Notes: generated by a model not told the origin, from the letters alone. A stretch of 64,000 nt of DNA from Candidatus Yanofskybacteria bacterium RIFCSPLOWO2_01_FULL_39_28 (GCA_001794635.1 MGKE01000014.1:112984-176983); one strand, 5' to 3'; numbered from the stretch's first letter, positions 20,191-27,626 are shown. Numbers and translations are program-made.

Positions 20191-20906
20191 AACCAAATCT
20201 TACTACTATCTACGAAGACTCAAATATTATCGTTATCAACAAACCGGCAGGATTGATTACTCATCAGAAAAACATTGACGACAAACAGCCAAGCGTTGTT
20301 GACTGGGTTATTCAAAATTATACCGAGCTGAAAGATATCGGCGAGCCTTTTATTGCTTCAGGTGCTGAAGTCACGCGAGCCGGCATTGTTCATCGCTTAG
20401 ACAAAGATACTTCCGGTCTAATGATAATCGCCAAAAATAATGAGACTTTTTTTTATTTCAAACACCTATTTCAAACACGAAAAATTAAGAAACATTATCT
20501 TGCTCTCGTTCACGGTCAACCTAAAAATATAACGGGTATAATTTCCTCCCCTCTTGGTCGTATTGGCATGAAAAGAACGACCAAAATAATTGGTAAAAAA
20601 ATGATAGATCAAAAAGAGGCCGAGACTGAATACAAAACAATTAAAAACTATGGGCACTTCGCCCTATTGGAACTGACTCCCAAAACAGGACGAACCCACC
20701 AGCTCCGAGTCCACCTTAACTCAATCGGTCACCCCATTGCCGGAGACCCAGTTTACGGATTCAAAAAACTGCCTCCACCGCCCGGACTTAATCGTCTTTT
20801 CCTTCATGCCTATAAACTAGAGTTTATTACTCCTGACGGCAGAGCTCTAACCCTTGAGACAGACCTGCCGGAGGATTTACAAAAAGTCATAAATAATATA
20901 GAATAG
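20187..20906 (+). CDS. RluA-family pseudouridine synthase
   Basis: 239 aa. HRLDKDTSGLMI catalytic motif and the later GRTHQLRVH. Confidence 0.85.
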   Translation: MKPNLTTIYEDSNIIVINKPAGLITHQKNIDDKQPSVVDWVIQNYTELKDIGEPFIASGAEVTRAGIVHRLDKDTSGLMIIAKNNETFFYFKHLFQTRKIKKHYLALVHGQPKNITGIISSPLGRIGMKRTTKIIGKKMIDQKEAETEYKTIKNYGHFALLELTPKTGRTHQLRVHLNSIGHPIAGDPVYGFKKLPPPPGLNRLFLHAYKLEFITPDGRALTLETDLPEDLQKVINNIE

Positions 20907-20912
20907 AGTGTC

Positions 20913-21050
20913 ATGAATCCCCACACTCAGAAAGCATATTTTCTGAAGTGGCGGGGTATAAAACAAGTAACACAGCGAGTATACGGCACGTTGTAAGTGG
21001 GACACAAGATCCCAAAACATGAAGCCAAATGCTTTCTGAATGTGGGGATG
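20913..21050 (+). promoter_or_regulatory. CCCCACACTCA hairpin element on the rplS start codon (copy 1)
   Basis: ATGAATccccacactcagaaagcat (20913-20937) pairs with atgctttctgaatggggg... precisely atgctttctgaatgtggggATGAAT (21029-21053). An upstream mini-ORF MNPHTQKAYFLKWRGIKQV starts at the first ATG. Confidence 0.7.
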
Positions 21051-21410
21051 AATAAACTAGACCTATTCAATTCAAAACACGCCATAGAAAGCAAGCTAAA
21101 AGACCTGCGAGTTGGTTGGTCCGTTAAGATTCACCAAAAGATTAAAGAAGGAGAGAAGACCAGAACCCAAGCTTTTGAAGGCATAATAATCAGCAAAAAA
21201 CACGGCAATGAAGCCGGTGGAACAATAACTGTCAGGAAAGTATTCGGTGGTTTTGGTGTTGAGAAAACCTTTCCGATTTATTTGCCTTCAATAGAAAAAG
21301 TTCAAATCCTCAAAAAATCAAAAGTTCGCCGAGCTAAACTCTATTATCTCCGCGATAAAACCTCTAGAGAAATCCGGAAAAAGATGAAACAGACAGTTAT
21401 TACTTCTTAG
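21048..21410 (+). CDS. rplS: 50S ribosomal protein L19
   Basis: Start set at ATG 21048 (MNKLDLFN). RTQAFEGIIISKKHGNEAGGTITVRK...VRRAKLYYLR matches L19. Confidence 0.92.
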   Translation: MNKLDLFNSKHAIESKLKDLRVGWSVKIHQKIKEGEKTRTQAFEGIIISKKHGNEAGGTITVRKVFGGFGVEKTFPIYLPSIEKVQILKKSKVRRAKLYYLRDKTSREIRKKMKQTVITS

Positions 21411-21439
21411 TTTTTCTCTGTTTGATATACTTAGAAAAT

Positions 21440-21524
21440 GCGGACGTGGTGGAACTGGTATACACGTGCGTTCGAGGGGCGCATGCCGCAAGGCTTGGGG
21501 GTTCAAATCCCCCCGTCCGCACCA
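21440..21524 (+). tRNA. tRNA-Leu (type II, long variable arm); anticodon loop ambiguous (GAG with C33, or CGA in an alternative fold)
   Basis: gcggacgtggtggaactggtatacac is a Leu-type acceptor and D-arm. A73 and an encoded CCA are present. Anticodon region tgcgt-tcgaggg-gcgca. Confidence 0.75.
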
Positions 21525-21604
21525 AAGTTTCTGAGCGCTGTGCGCTTCGAAGCTTTCCTGGCCTTCGTAGTCGAAGTTATCTCGACGAAGTAGGTAGCGA
21601 AGAA

Positions 21605-21677
21605 GCGCGCTTAGCTCAATTGGTAGAGCATCCCCTTGACGTGGGGAGGGTTGTAGGTTCAAGTCCTGCAGCGCGCA
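21605..21677 (+). tRNA. tRNA-Val(GAC)
   Basis: Acceptor gcgcgct/agcgcgc, anticodon stem tcccc/gggga, loop ttGACgt. Confidence 0.9.
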
Positions 21678-21679
21678 CT

Positions 21680-22036
21680 ATGGAAAAATCTAAAGAAATA
21701 GCAATAGAAACAAACCAGTATAAAAATAACCCTGAAGATTTTGTTGAGGAACAGGATGCCATAGAAGAATCTATTTCAACAATGCATAAACTGGTTTTTG
21801 GTAAACAAACTAAAGTTGAGATTAGACTCAACGCTTTAGGTGACAAAACTGCAATAGTAAGACATGCGGGTAAGATAATTTATTCAACAGATATACCTGA
21901 TGAGGTAGCCGGTTTTGAATTATTCTTGAAAAACCCTGAAGCCGCTATTGAAGAATATATTAAAAATGAAGGGCTTAAAAAAGCTTTGAAAACAATGTAT
22001 GACCCGATGATAGAAACAGGAGAAATAGATAAATAG
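21680..22036 (+). CDS. hypothetical protein
   Basis: 118 aa from ATG 21680 (MEKSKEIAIE). The tracked ORF 21422-22036 reads through two tRNA genes, so I trimmed it. Confidence 0.5.
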   Translation: MEKSKEIAIETNQYKNNPEDFVEEQDAIEESISTMHKLVFGKQTKVEIRLNALGDKTAIVRHAGKIIYSTDIPDEVAGFELFLKNPEAAIEEYIKNEGLKKALKTMYDPMIETGEIDK

Positions 22037-22072
22037 ATAAAATTAAAACTGATAGGATGTCCGATCAGAAAA

Positions 22073-22099
22073 CTAAAAACCCTAATATAGGGTTTTTAG
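22073..22099. terminator. bidirectional hairpin terminator
   Basis: ctaaaaaccc-taatata-gggtttttag lies between the convergent ORF 21680-22036 and tRNA-Phe. Confidence 0.7.
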
Positions 22100-22104
22100 T
22101 TTTC

Positions 22105-22402
22105 TGGTGCCGCGGGAGGGAGTTGAACCCCCGACGCCAGCCTCTTCCAAAGCTGAATTGGACTATATCATCACCCCCTTAGAATTTATATAAAGAGGGG
22201 CTGGGCGCTTATATAGGATTATCGTTGGGACTCACCTATTAGTCTCTACACCTGCCGGAAAATCAAAGCCCCTTCCGGATCGGCTCGGGATTGTTTCTGT
22301 TAAAGAAGTTTCCCCCGAATTCACCCAGTTTTTCTCAGAACTCATTACTAAGTTCGGCCCCAAAGAATTTAGGGCTGCGCTCTACCGCTGAGCTACCGCG
22401 GC
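22105..22402 (-). tRNA. tRNA-Phe(GAA) interrupted by a group I intron
   Basis: 5' exon gccgcggtagctcagcggtagagcgcagccct (22402-22371). 3' exon gaagaggctggcgtcgggggttcaactccctcccgcggcacca (22147-22105). Joined, they give the anticodon loop cuGAAga with A73. Confidence 0.8.
22148..22370 (-). ncRNA. group I intron (IC3-like, tRNA-type), ~223 nt, no internal ORF
   Basis: P1 pairs gcccu with ggggc, with the U.G pair at the 5' splice site. ucuuu next to the guide pairs with the 3' exon gaaga (P10). The terminal residue is G. ggtgaattcgggggaaac and aggtgtagagacta match my memory of the Azoarcus tRNA-Ile intron core (GGUGUAGAGACUA). Confidence 0.75.
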
Positions 22403-22605
22403 ATTAATCTATGCTTATTATATCAAAATCTGAAATATTTTCAATACTTATTCTATCTTCCCCGTTTAGAGGTAAGAAGTTATCGACATTAGCTTATCCA
22501 CAAAAACAAAAAATAATTAATACGTTGTGCGACTATTTAGTTGTACACACCCAGTTATTAACAAATTATATTGAAAAGTGAACTGCTGTGCTATACTTAT
22601 AGGTA

Positions 22606-23301
22606 ATGAGGTCCGATAAATTTAAGGCCTACAAATTACGTCTAGCTGGTCGGAGTTATAATGAAATAACTCGGCTTCTTAAGGTGCCCAAGAGTACCCT
22701 CTCTGGATGGTTCGCTGATTTAGAATTAACCGAAAAAGCAACAAAGAGACTTAAAGATCGGGTACATGTCGCCTCTCTTCGTGGCCTAATCGCAAGAAAT
22801 AAAAACCAAACAGCCCTAGCTGAAACAAGGTCAAGAGAGATGTATGACAGAGGGGAGAAGTTAATCAAAGATATTAGCAAAAGAGATTTATTAATTATCG
22901 GCACAGCTTTATATTGGGCAGAAGGATATAAAAGGCCGGTGGTTATCAGGGGTAAGACTAGAACATCTCACAGGGTATCCTTAACTAATTCAGACCCCGA
23001 CCTTATTTGCATATTCCTTAAGTTTTTAAGAGAGGTGTGTAAAGTTCCTAATGAAAAAATAACCATTTGGATTAGATATTTTGAACACCAAGATCCAACT
23101 TATCTGTTGAACTTTTGGCAAAAAAAGTGTAATATTCCATATAGTAATTTTAGAAATACATTACAGACCGTCAGTATTTCTAGTCAGCGAAAAAAATCCT
23201 ACAACTCTCTTTCATTTGGAGTAGCCCAAATATCTGTGAACAATACTAATTTATATCATGAGATAATGGGTATGATTTCTGGAGTTGCCAAAAATAAATA
23301 A
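22606..23301 (+). CDS. HTH plus LAGLIDADG-like homing-endonuclease-like protein (free-standing)
   Basis: 231 aa. N-terminal SYNEITRLLKVPKSTLSGW (HTH). LLIIGTALYWAEGYK resembles a single LAGLIDADG motif with an acidic residue. Confidence 0.4.
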   Translation: MRSDKFKAYKLRLAGRSYNEITRLLKVPKSTLSGWFADLELTEKATKRLKDRVHVASLRGLIARNKNQTALAETRSREMYDRGEKLIKDISKRDLLIIGTALYWAEGYKRPVVIRGKTRTSHRVSLTNSDPDLICIFLKFLREVCKVPNEKITIWIRYFEHQDPTYLLNFWQKKCNIPYSNFRNTLQTVSISSQRKKSYNSLSFGVAQISVNNTNLYHEIMGMISGVAKNK

Positions 23302-23303
23302 TT

Positions 23304-23377
23304 GCGGGTATCGTATAATGGCATTACGGCCGGTTGCCAATCGGTCGACAGGGGTTCGATTCCCCTTACCCGCTCCA
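23304..23377 (+). tRNA. tRNA-Gly(GCC)
   Basis: Acceptor gcgggta/tacccgc, loop ttGCCaa, encoded CCA. Confidence 0.88.
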
Positions 23378-23404
23378 ATGTTCCCATTTTTTATATTTTC
23401 AAAA

Positions 23405-23863
23405 ATGAAGAGTTCAATCCGATGGCGGGTTATTCACCACGCACACGAACTCTATCTTTATATAATCTTTCCAATTGCAATAGCGTTTCTTTTGACTTTT
23501 ATTGGCTCAAGAATAATTAGTTCCATTGCTCCAAATTTTTATATTCCCTGGACAGACTATAGAGTCCACCATTTTGCTTATGGTTTTTTTGTTCTGGCTG
23601 CTGCCGGATACTTGGCTTTAGTATTTTCCGGACCGAGAGCAAAATATCTTATTGCCCTTCTTAACGGCTTCGGTCTTGGTCTTGCTTTTGATGAATTCGG
23701 AATATGGCTTCACTTAAACGATAATGATCCAGCTCGTTGGAGTTATGATGGCTTTATAATTATCATCGGTATAATTTTTCTAATAATTACAGCTAAATCT
23801 GGATTCAAATTCGTCAAAAATCACTTCTTTTTCTTCCGCTCTCACGGAAAAGACCAATCTTGA
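23405..23863 (+). CDS. integral membrane protein, function unknown
   Basis: Start set at ATG 23405 (MKSSIRW) because the tracked ORF overlaps tRNA-Gly. Four hydrophobic segments. Confidence 0.5.
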   Translation: MKSSIRWRVIHHAHELYLYIIFPIAIAFLLTFIGSRIISSIAPNFYIPWTDYRVHHFAYGFFVLAAAGYLALVFSGPRAKYLIALLNGFGLGLAFDEFGIWLHLNDNDPARWSYDGFIIIIGIIFLIITAKSGFKFVKNHFFFFRSHGKDQS

Positions 23864-24059
23864 CCCCTGGCACCCCCCCCCTTGATTTTTTGACCCAGAT
23901 TTGCTATAATTAATAAGTAGCCTGGAATAAGGGCTAAATAACAAAGGAATGGCTTGATAGGCCGTTTTTTGTTGGAAATAAGGCTTTATTTAGACCAGGG
24001 CTGTGCTACAAACTTGGCAAGCCTCGCAAGGTTAATACCAGTCTAAATGAGCTACAAAA

Positions 24060-24653
24060 ATGGGTAAACGTATAGAAAAGGCCTTAGTCTTTGCTATCGT
24101 TCTTTTATATCCTATGTCTTTGGCCGGTGTAGCTGAGGCCGGATTCTATGATTGGTTAGTAAGTAAAAACCAACCAAACAATCTCCTTGTTAGCTCGCCA
24201 ATTATTGATGGGGGAAATACTTCCTTCAATAAAATATTCTCTTGGGATAATAGGAAACCGGAAAGTATTGATCCGATACCGAGTATTGTAGAGGAACAAA
24301 AAGAAAAACCTAAACCTGAATTTAAAGTTACAAAAACTTACACTGTCAGGGCAACAGCATATTCTTCAACTCCTGACCAAACTGATAATACTCCTTGTCA
24401 CACCGCAACAAACTATAATGTTTGTACTGGAGATAAGAATGTCATCGCAGCTAACTTCTATATAAATGGCTACAGAGTTCCTTTTGGAACCTTAGTCAGA
24501 ATACCGGAAGTTTATGGAGACAAGATATTCGTAGTTGAGGACAGGATGAATTCCAGATATACCAACAATATAGACATTTGGTTTCCGGAAAGATCTCTAG
24601 CTCTAGAATTCGGAGCCAAACATGTAACTATTGAAATTGTTGAAGAGTCTTAA
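24060..24653 (+). CDS. 3D-domain (MltA/RlpA-like double-psi barrel) cell-wall-associated protein
   Basis: 197 aa. Signal peptide, then VRATAYSSTPDQTDNTPCHTA...GTLVRIP...FVVEDRMN...IDIWF. Confidence 0.75.
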   Translation: MGKRIEKALVFAIVLLYPMSLAGVAEAGFYDWLVSKNQPNNLLVSSPIIDGGNTSFNKIFSWDNRKPESIDPIPSIVEEQKEKPKPEFKVTKTYTVRATAYSSTPDQTDNTPCHTATNYNVCTGDKNVIAANFYINGYRVPFGTLVRIPEVYGDKIFVVEDRMNSRYTNNIDIWFPERSLALEFGAKHVTIEIVEES

Positions 24654-24683
24654 AACCAAAGACCCCGTGAGGGGTTTTTGGTT

Positions 24684-25004
24684 TTAACTGTGCCAAAGAA
24701 TCAAGATAATAGAAACCACCCCTAGTGTCATACCCACAAGCTCTATTTTGCCAATACTTTCTTTATAAAATACGACTCCGATAATCATGGCGGCTAACGC
24801 CGAACCGACAGAAAACAAAACTGCTCCCCTACCCAAACCAGAACCCAAACGAATCGCCTTTAACCAAAAAATATTTGCTACTATGTAACCAGAGAGAGCC
24901 AGGGTCCAAAATAAAATACGTCCACTAAGAGACCATTCTTTAGAAAAAACATCCGCTATAATCTCAAACACTATTAAGAGTCCTATAAATATTAACCAGT
25001 GCAT
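24684..25004 (-). CDS. small 4-TM transporter (SMR/EamA-like)
   Basis: About 106 aa from ATG 25004 (MHWLIFIGLL). Four TM segments. The tracked start at 25067 is less plausible. Confidence 0.5.
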   Translation of the reverse strand: MHWLIFIGLLIVFEIIADVFSKEWSLSGRILFWTLALSGYIVANIFWLKAIRLGSGLGRGAVLFSVGSALAAMIIGVVFYKESIGKIELVGMTLGVVSIILILWHS

Positions 25005-25126
25005 ATTGTCCGCCTCGTGTGTGATAATTGGAACCAGCTTATCCAAGAACTGAAAGCTTGGCAACAACTACAAACCGAGGCTTCGTTTAGTTTATCTATG
25101 TAAATTTTACCCCACCCAGTCACTCA

Positions 25127-25765
25127 CTATATATTTTTATGTATCGTTAGTCTGTATTCTTGTTGTCCACCGTCTTCCCATTCTTTTCCTCTTACTAACT
25201 CCGTTTTAAATTCTATTGCTCCAGAAAAATCTTCTAGAACAGCTTTGATTACCCCTGTTTGATCTCCTCGAATTGGATAGAGGTAGGCCGTACCACCTGT
25301 TTTTAGCGTTCTTATTATTTCCTGAAAGCCCTTCTTCAATCCTATTTCAGATTCGGGTATATGAAACGGGAAAGCGAATAAAGAAACTTCGACATCAAAC
25401 ACCCCGTCTTCAAAAGGAAGTTCCTGAACTACACCAGCTACAGATTTTTTCTGCCATTTAAATCTATTAATTAGACCCTTGGTCAACTGTTCTCTAACTT
25501 CTTCTCTGTTAAGATCGGGACTCAGTGATATTACTTCAATATCAAATTTAGCTGCCTGCTTTGAAAATGATTCTTTTTGACCAGATCCAATATCAAGAAC
25601 ACGCTTGCCTCTTAAATTTTCAAGCGGTAAGCCAAGATAACTTTTATATTCTTCTAACGTTCTATCGGTAACTTGAGTGTTGGTATTCTCGTAATAATTT
25701 ATTTCTTTCTCCTCTTCATTATTATTGGCTTGTATATGATATTCAAATTCTAATTTTCCTTTCAT
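25127..25765 (-). CDS. class I SAM-dependent methyltransferase
   Basis: 212 aa. VLDIGSGQ motif I and a later DVEVSLFAF. Confidence 0.7.
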   Translation of the reverse strand: MKGKLEFEYHIQANNNEEEKEINYYENTNTQVTDRTLEEYKSYLGLPLENLRGKRVLDIGSGQKESFSKQAAKFDIEVISLSPDLNREEVREQLTKGLINRFKWQKKSVAGVVQELPFEDGVFDVEVSLFAFPFHIPESEIGLKKGFQEIIRTLKTGGTAYLYPIRGDQTGVIKAVLEDFSGAIEFKTELVRGKEWEDGGQQEYRLTIHKNI

Positions 25766-25896
25766 AAATACTTGGTTCCAAATAGATTAACTTTTACTGA
25801 TATTATCATAATCAAAAATTTAAGGATTTGGAACCGCTAAGTTAGGGCTCGTTTACGAGCTTATTGAGCAATCTCACGGCTCGGAAACACATTTAG

Positions 25897-25969
25897 TCCG
25901 CCCACCAGGACTCGAACCTGGGACCGTTTGCTTAAGAGGCAACTGCTCTACCAGCTGAGCTATGGGCGG
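25897..25969 (-). tRNA. tRNA-Lys(CUU)
   Basis: ccgccca/tgggcgg acceptor (C1:G72), loop ctCTTaa, T-arm ccagg-ttcgagt-cctgg. Confidence 0.85.
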
Positions 25970-25983
25970 ATGTTTAATTTTTG

Positions 25984-26055
25984 TGTCCCTGGAGGGAATC
26001 GAACCCCCATCAACAGCTTCGAAGGCTGCTGCTTTATCCGTTAAGCTACAGGGAC
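25984..26055 (-). tRNA. tRNA-Arg(UCG)
   Basis: gtccctg/cagggac acceptor, anticodon stem gcagc/gctgt, loop ctTCGaa. Confidence 0.88.
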
Positions 26056-26098
26056 AATTTTACCTATTAGCCTAGCAGAAAATTGACACTTTTTCAAT

Positions 26099-27271
26099 TT
26101 ATTTCTTATATCTTTGTTTTAAATTTGCCATTATTTTAGGTAAAACTTCCAATACATAATCTATGTTTTTTTTGGTTGTTTGTCGGCCCAGACTAAACCT
26201 CAAAACCCCGCTTAAATATTCGTTCTTAACACCAATAGCTTTAAGAACATGAGATGGCTCAACTAAATGAGCAGTACAAGCCGAACCGGCGCTAGCATAT
26301 ACGCCGTACTTATCTAATTCTAAAAGTATATTTTCACTGTCCAAACCTGGAACTGAAATGTTTATATTATTAGCTAGCCTCGCACCACCCCTAGGTCCGT
26401 TTATTTTAACAGGTAAAATTTGAGTAACTTTATCTAAAAAATAATCTCTCAACTTCATGACTTTTAACCCCTCGTTTTTATCTATTAAAAATACTGCCTT
26501 AGCCAAACCGGCTACAGCTGGCAAGTTCTCCGTTCCAGCCCTTAAGCCATATTCTTGGTCTCCGCCGTGGATCAAAGGGTTAAGCTTAACCACCCTTTTT
26601 TTACATAAGACACCGACACCTTTTGGTCCATAAATTTTGGCGCCATTAAAAGTCATCAAATCAACGCCCAAATTGTTTACATTCATATCCAAATAACCAG
26701 CGGCCTGACAAGCATCAATGTGAAAAATTGGTTGTAGGTTGTAGGTGGTAGGTGGTAGGTTTTTTTTGAAGTCATTAATTATTTTAGAAATCTTAACAAT
26801 TGGTTGGATTGTGCCTATTTCATTATTAGCATAAATAATGGATACCAAAACAACTCTTGGATTCAGCTTCTGTTTAAGATCCTCCAAATCAACTAGACCA
26901 CCATGATTGACCTTAAGGTAGGTAATCTTCCAACCCAAATTTTCTAATTTTTTAAGAGGTCCTAGAACTGATGGGTGCTCAATAGGTGTTGAGATTATTT
27001 CTCCTTTTTTTGAACTCAAGCTAGCCAAACCAAAGATGGCTAAATTATTAGCTTCCGAGCCCGATGAGGTAAATATAGCTTCCTCCGTCCTTACTCCAAT
27101 AAACCGAGCGATGGTTAATCGGCACTCTTCTAATTTATTCCTTGCTTCCCTACCGGCGTTATTAAAAGACGATGGGTTGCCGTAAAGCTTAGATGTTTCA
27201 ACCATTTCTTTTAAAACTTCTGGGTCAATTGGCGTAGAGGCAGAATTATCTAAATACACCCCCACACTCAT
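26099..27271 (-). CDS. cysteine desulfurase (NifS/IscS family)
   Basis: MSVGVYLDNSASTP is the canonical N-terminus, so I prefer ATG 27271 over the tracked 27355. FHIDACQAAG and SAGSACT motifs are present. Confidence 0.88.
   Translation of the reverse strand: MSVGVYLDNSASTPIDPEVLKEMVETSKLYGNPSSFNNAGREARNKLEECRLTIARFIGVRTEEAIFTSSGSEANNLAIFGLASLSSKKGEIISTPIEHPSVLGPLKKLENLGWKITYLKVNHGGLVDLEDLKQKLNPRVVLVSIIYANNEIGTIQPIVKISKIINDFKKNLPPTTYNLQPIFHIDACQAAGYLDMNVNNLGVDLMTFNGAKIYGPKGVGVLCKKRVVKLNPLIHGGDQEYGLRAGTENLPAVAGLAKAVFLIDKNEGLKVMKLRDYFLDKVTQILPVKINGPRGGARLANNINISVPGLDSENILLELDKYGVYASAGSACTAHLVEPSHVLKAIGVKNEYLSGVLRFSLGRQTTKKNIDYVLEVLPKIMANLKQRYKK
26731..26760. repeat. heptanucleotide array GTTGTAG x2 + GTGGTAG x2 inside the cysteine desulfurase CDS
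   Basis: gttgtag gttgtag gtggtag gtggtag gt. Encodes LPPTTYNLQP just upstream of the conserved FHIDACQ segment. Confidence 0.85.
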
Positions 27272-27327
27272 TTTAGATTTTTTAAACTTTAAACCTTTTG
27301 GTTTATATCCAAAATGAGTGTGGGGGT
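27258..27327 (-). promoter_or_regulatory. CCCCACACTCA hairpin element on the cysteine desulfurase start codon (copy 2, short form)
   Basis: The minus strand reads acccccacactcatttt-36 nt-aaaATGagtgtgggggt. The start codon lies inside the 3' arm. Confidence 0.7.
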
Positions 27328-27581
27328 AAATTGTCTTTTTTAATACTCTTGACATTTGTATTTAACTATGATATCATATAAATATAGTGTTACTCCTGAT
27401 TTCGTAGGTTCGCGTTTACAAACCGAGCACTCAATTTATTGAGTGCTCGGCCAACCTTTTCCTTATTATACAAGGAATTTCAGTAACCGCAACCCTCACG
27501 GGTTAATTGCCTATCGGATCGGGGGTTTCGCCCGCCTTGACTGAACTATTAGTTTGGTCGGGTAAAATCAGACAGTAAAAC

Positions 27582-27611
27582 AAAACCCCGCCTTCTATAG
27601 GGCGGGGTTTT
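27582..27611. terminator. hairpin terminator after tig (T-runs on both strands)
   Basis: aaaaccccgcc-ttctatag-ggcggggtttt. Confidence 0.8.
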
Positions 27612-27626
27612 GTTTTGTACAGAGAA

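Noticed and set aside
21525-21604. A CGAAG-rich spacer between tRNA-Leu and tRNA-Val shares the 9-10-mers cgaagcttt and agcgaagaag with the nusA-tig spacer (28908-29004).
   Set aside because: These are short, low-complexity matches without a consistent alignable architecture. It may be another dispersed repeat family, but two loci are not enough to support it.
21422-21679. The 5' part of tracked ORF 21422-22036, and minus-strand ORF 21318-21662.
   Set aside because: They read through tRNA-Leu and tRNA-Val genes and the repeat-rich spacer. Only the portion from ATG 21680 was kept.
22494-22502. A perfect DnaA box TTATCCACA upstream of the LAGLIDADG-like ORF.
   Set aside because: It is a single isolated box far from dnaA/dnaN with no AT-rich unwinding element or box cluster, so a chance occurrence is likely.
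23285-23404. The 5' part of tracked ORF 23285-23863, and ORF 23302-23520.
   Set aside because: They overlap tRNA-Gly(GCC). The membrane protein most plausibly starts at ATG 23405.
23864-24059. The ~150-nt leader upstream of the 3D-domain cell-wall gene was considered as a c-di-AMP (ydaO-type) riboswitch.
   Set aside because: A good promoter (TTGATT-17-TGcTATAAT) is present, but I found none of the conserved ydaO core segments (ACGGGGA / CCCA-type). Only weak hairpins are present.
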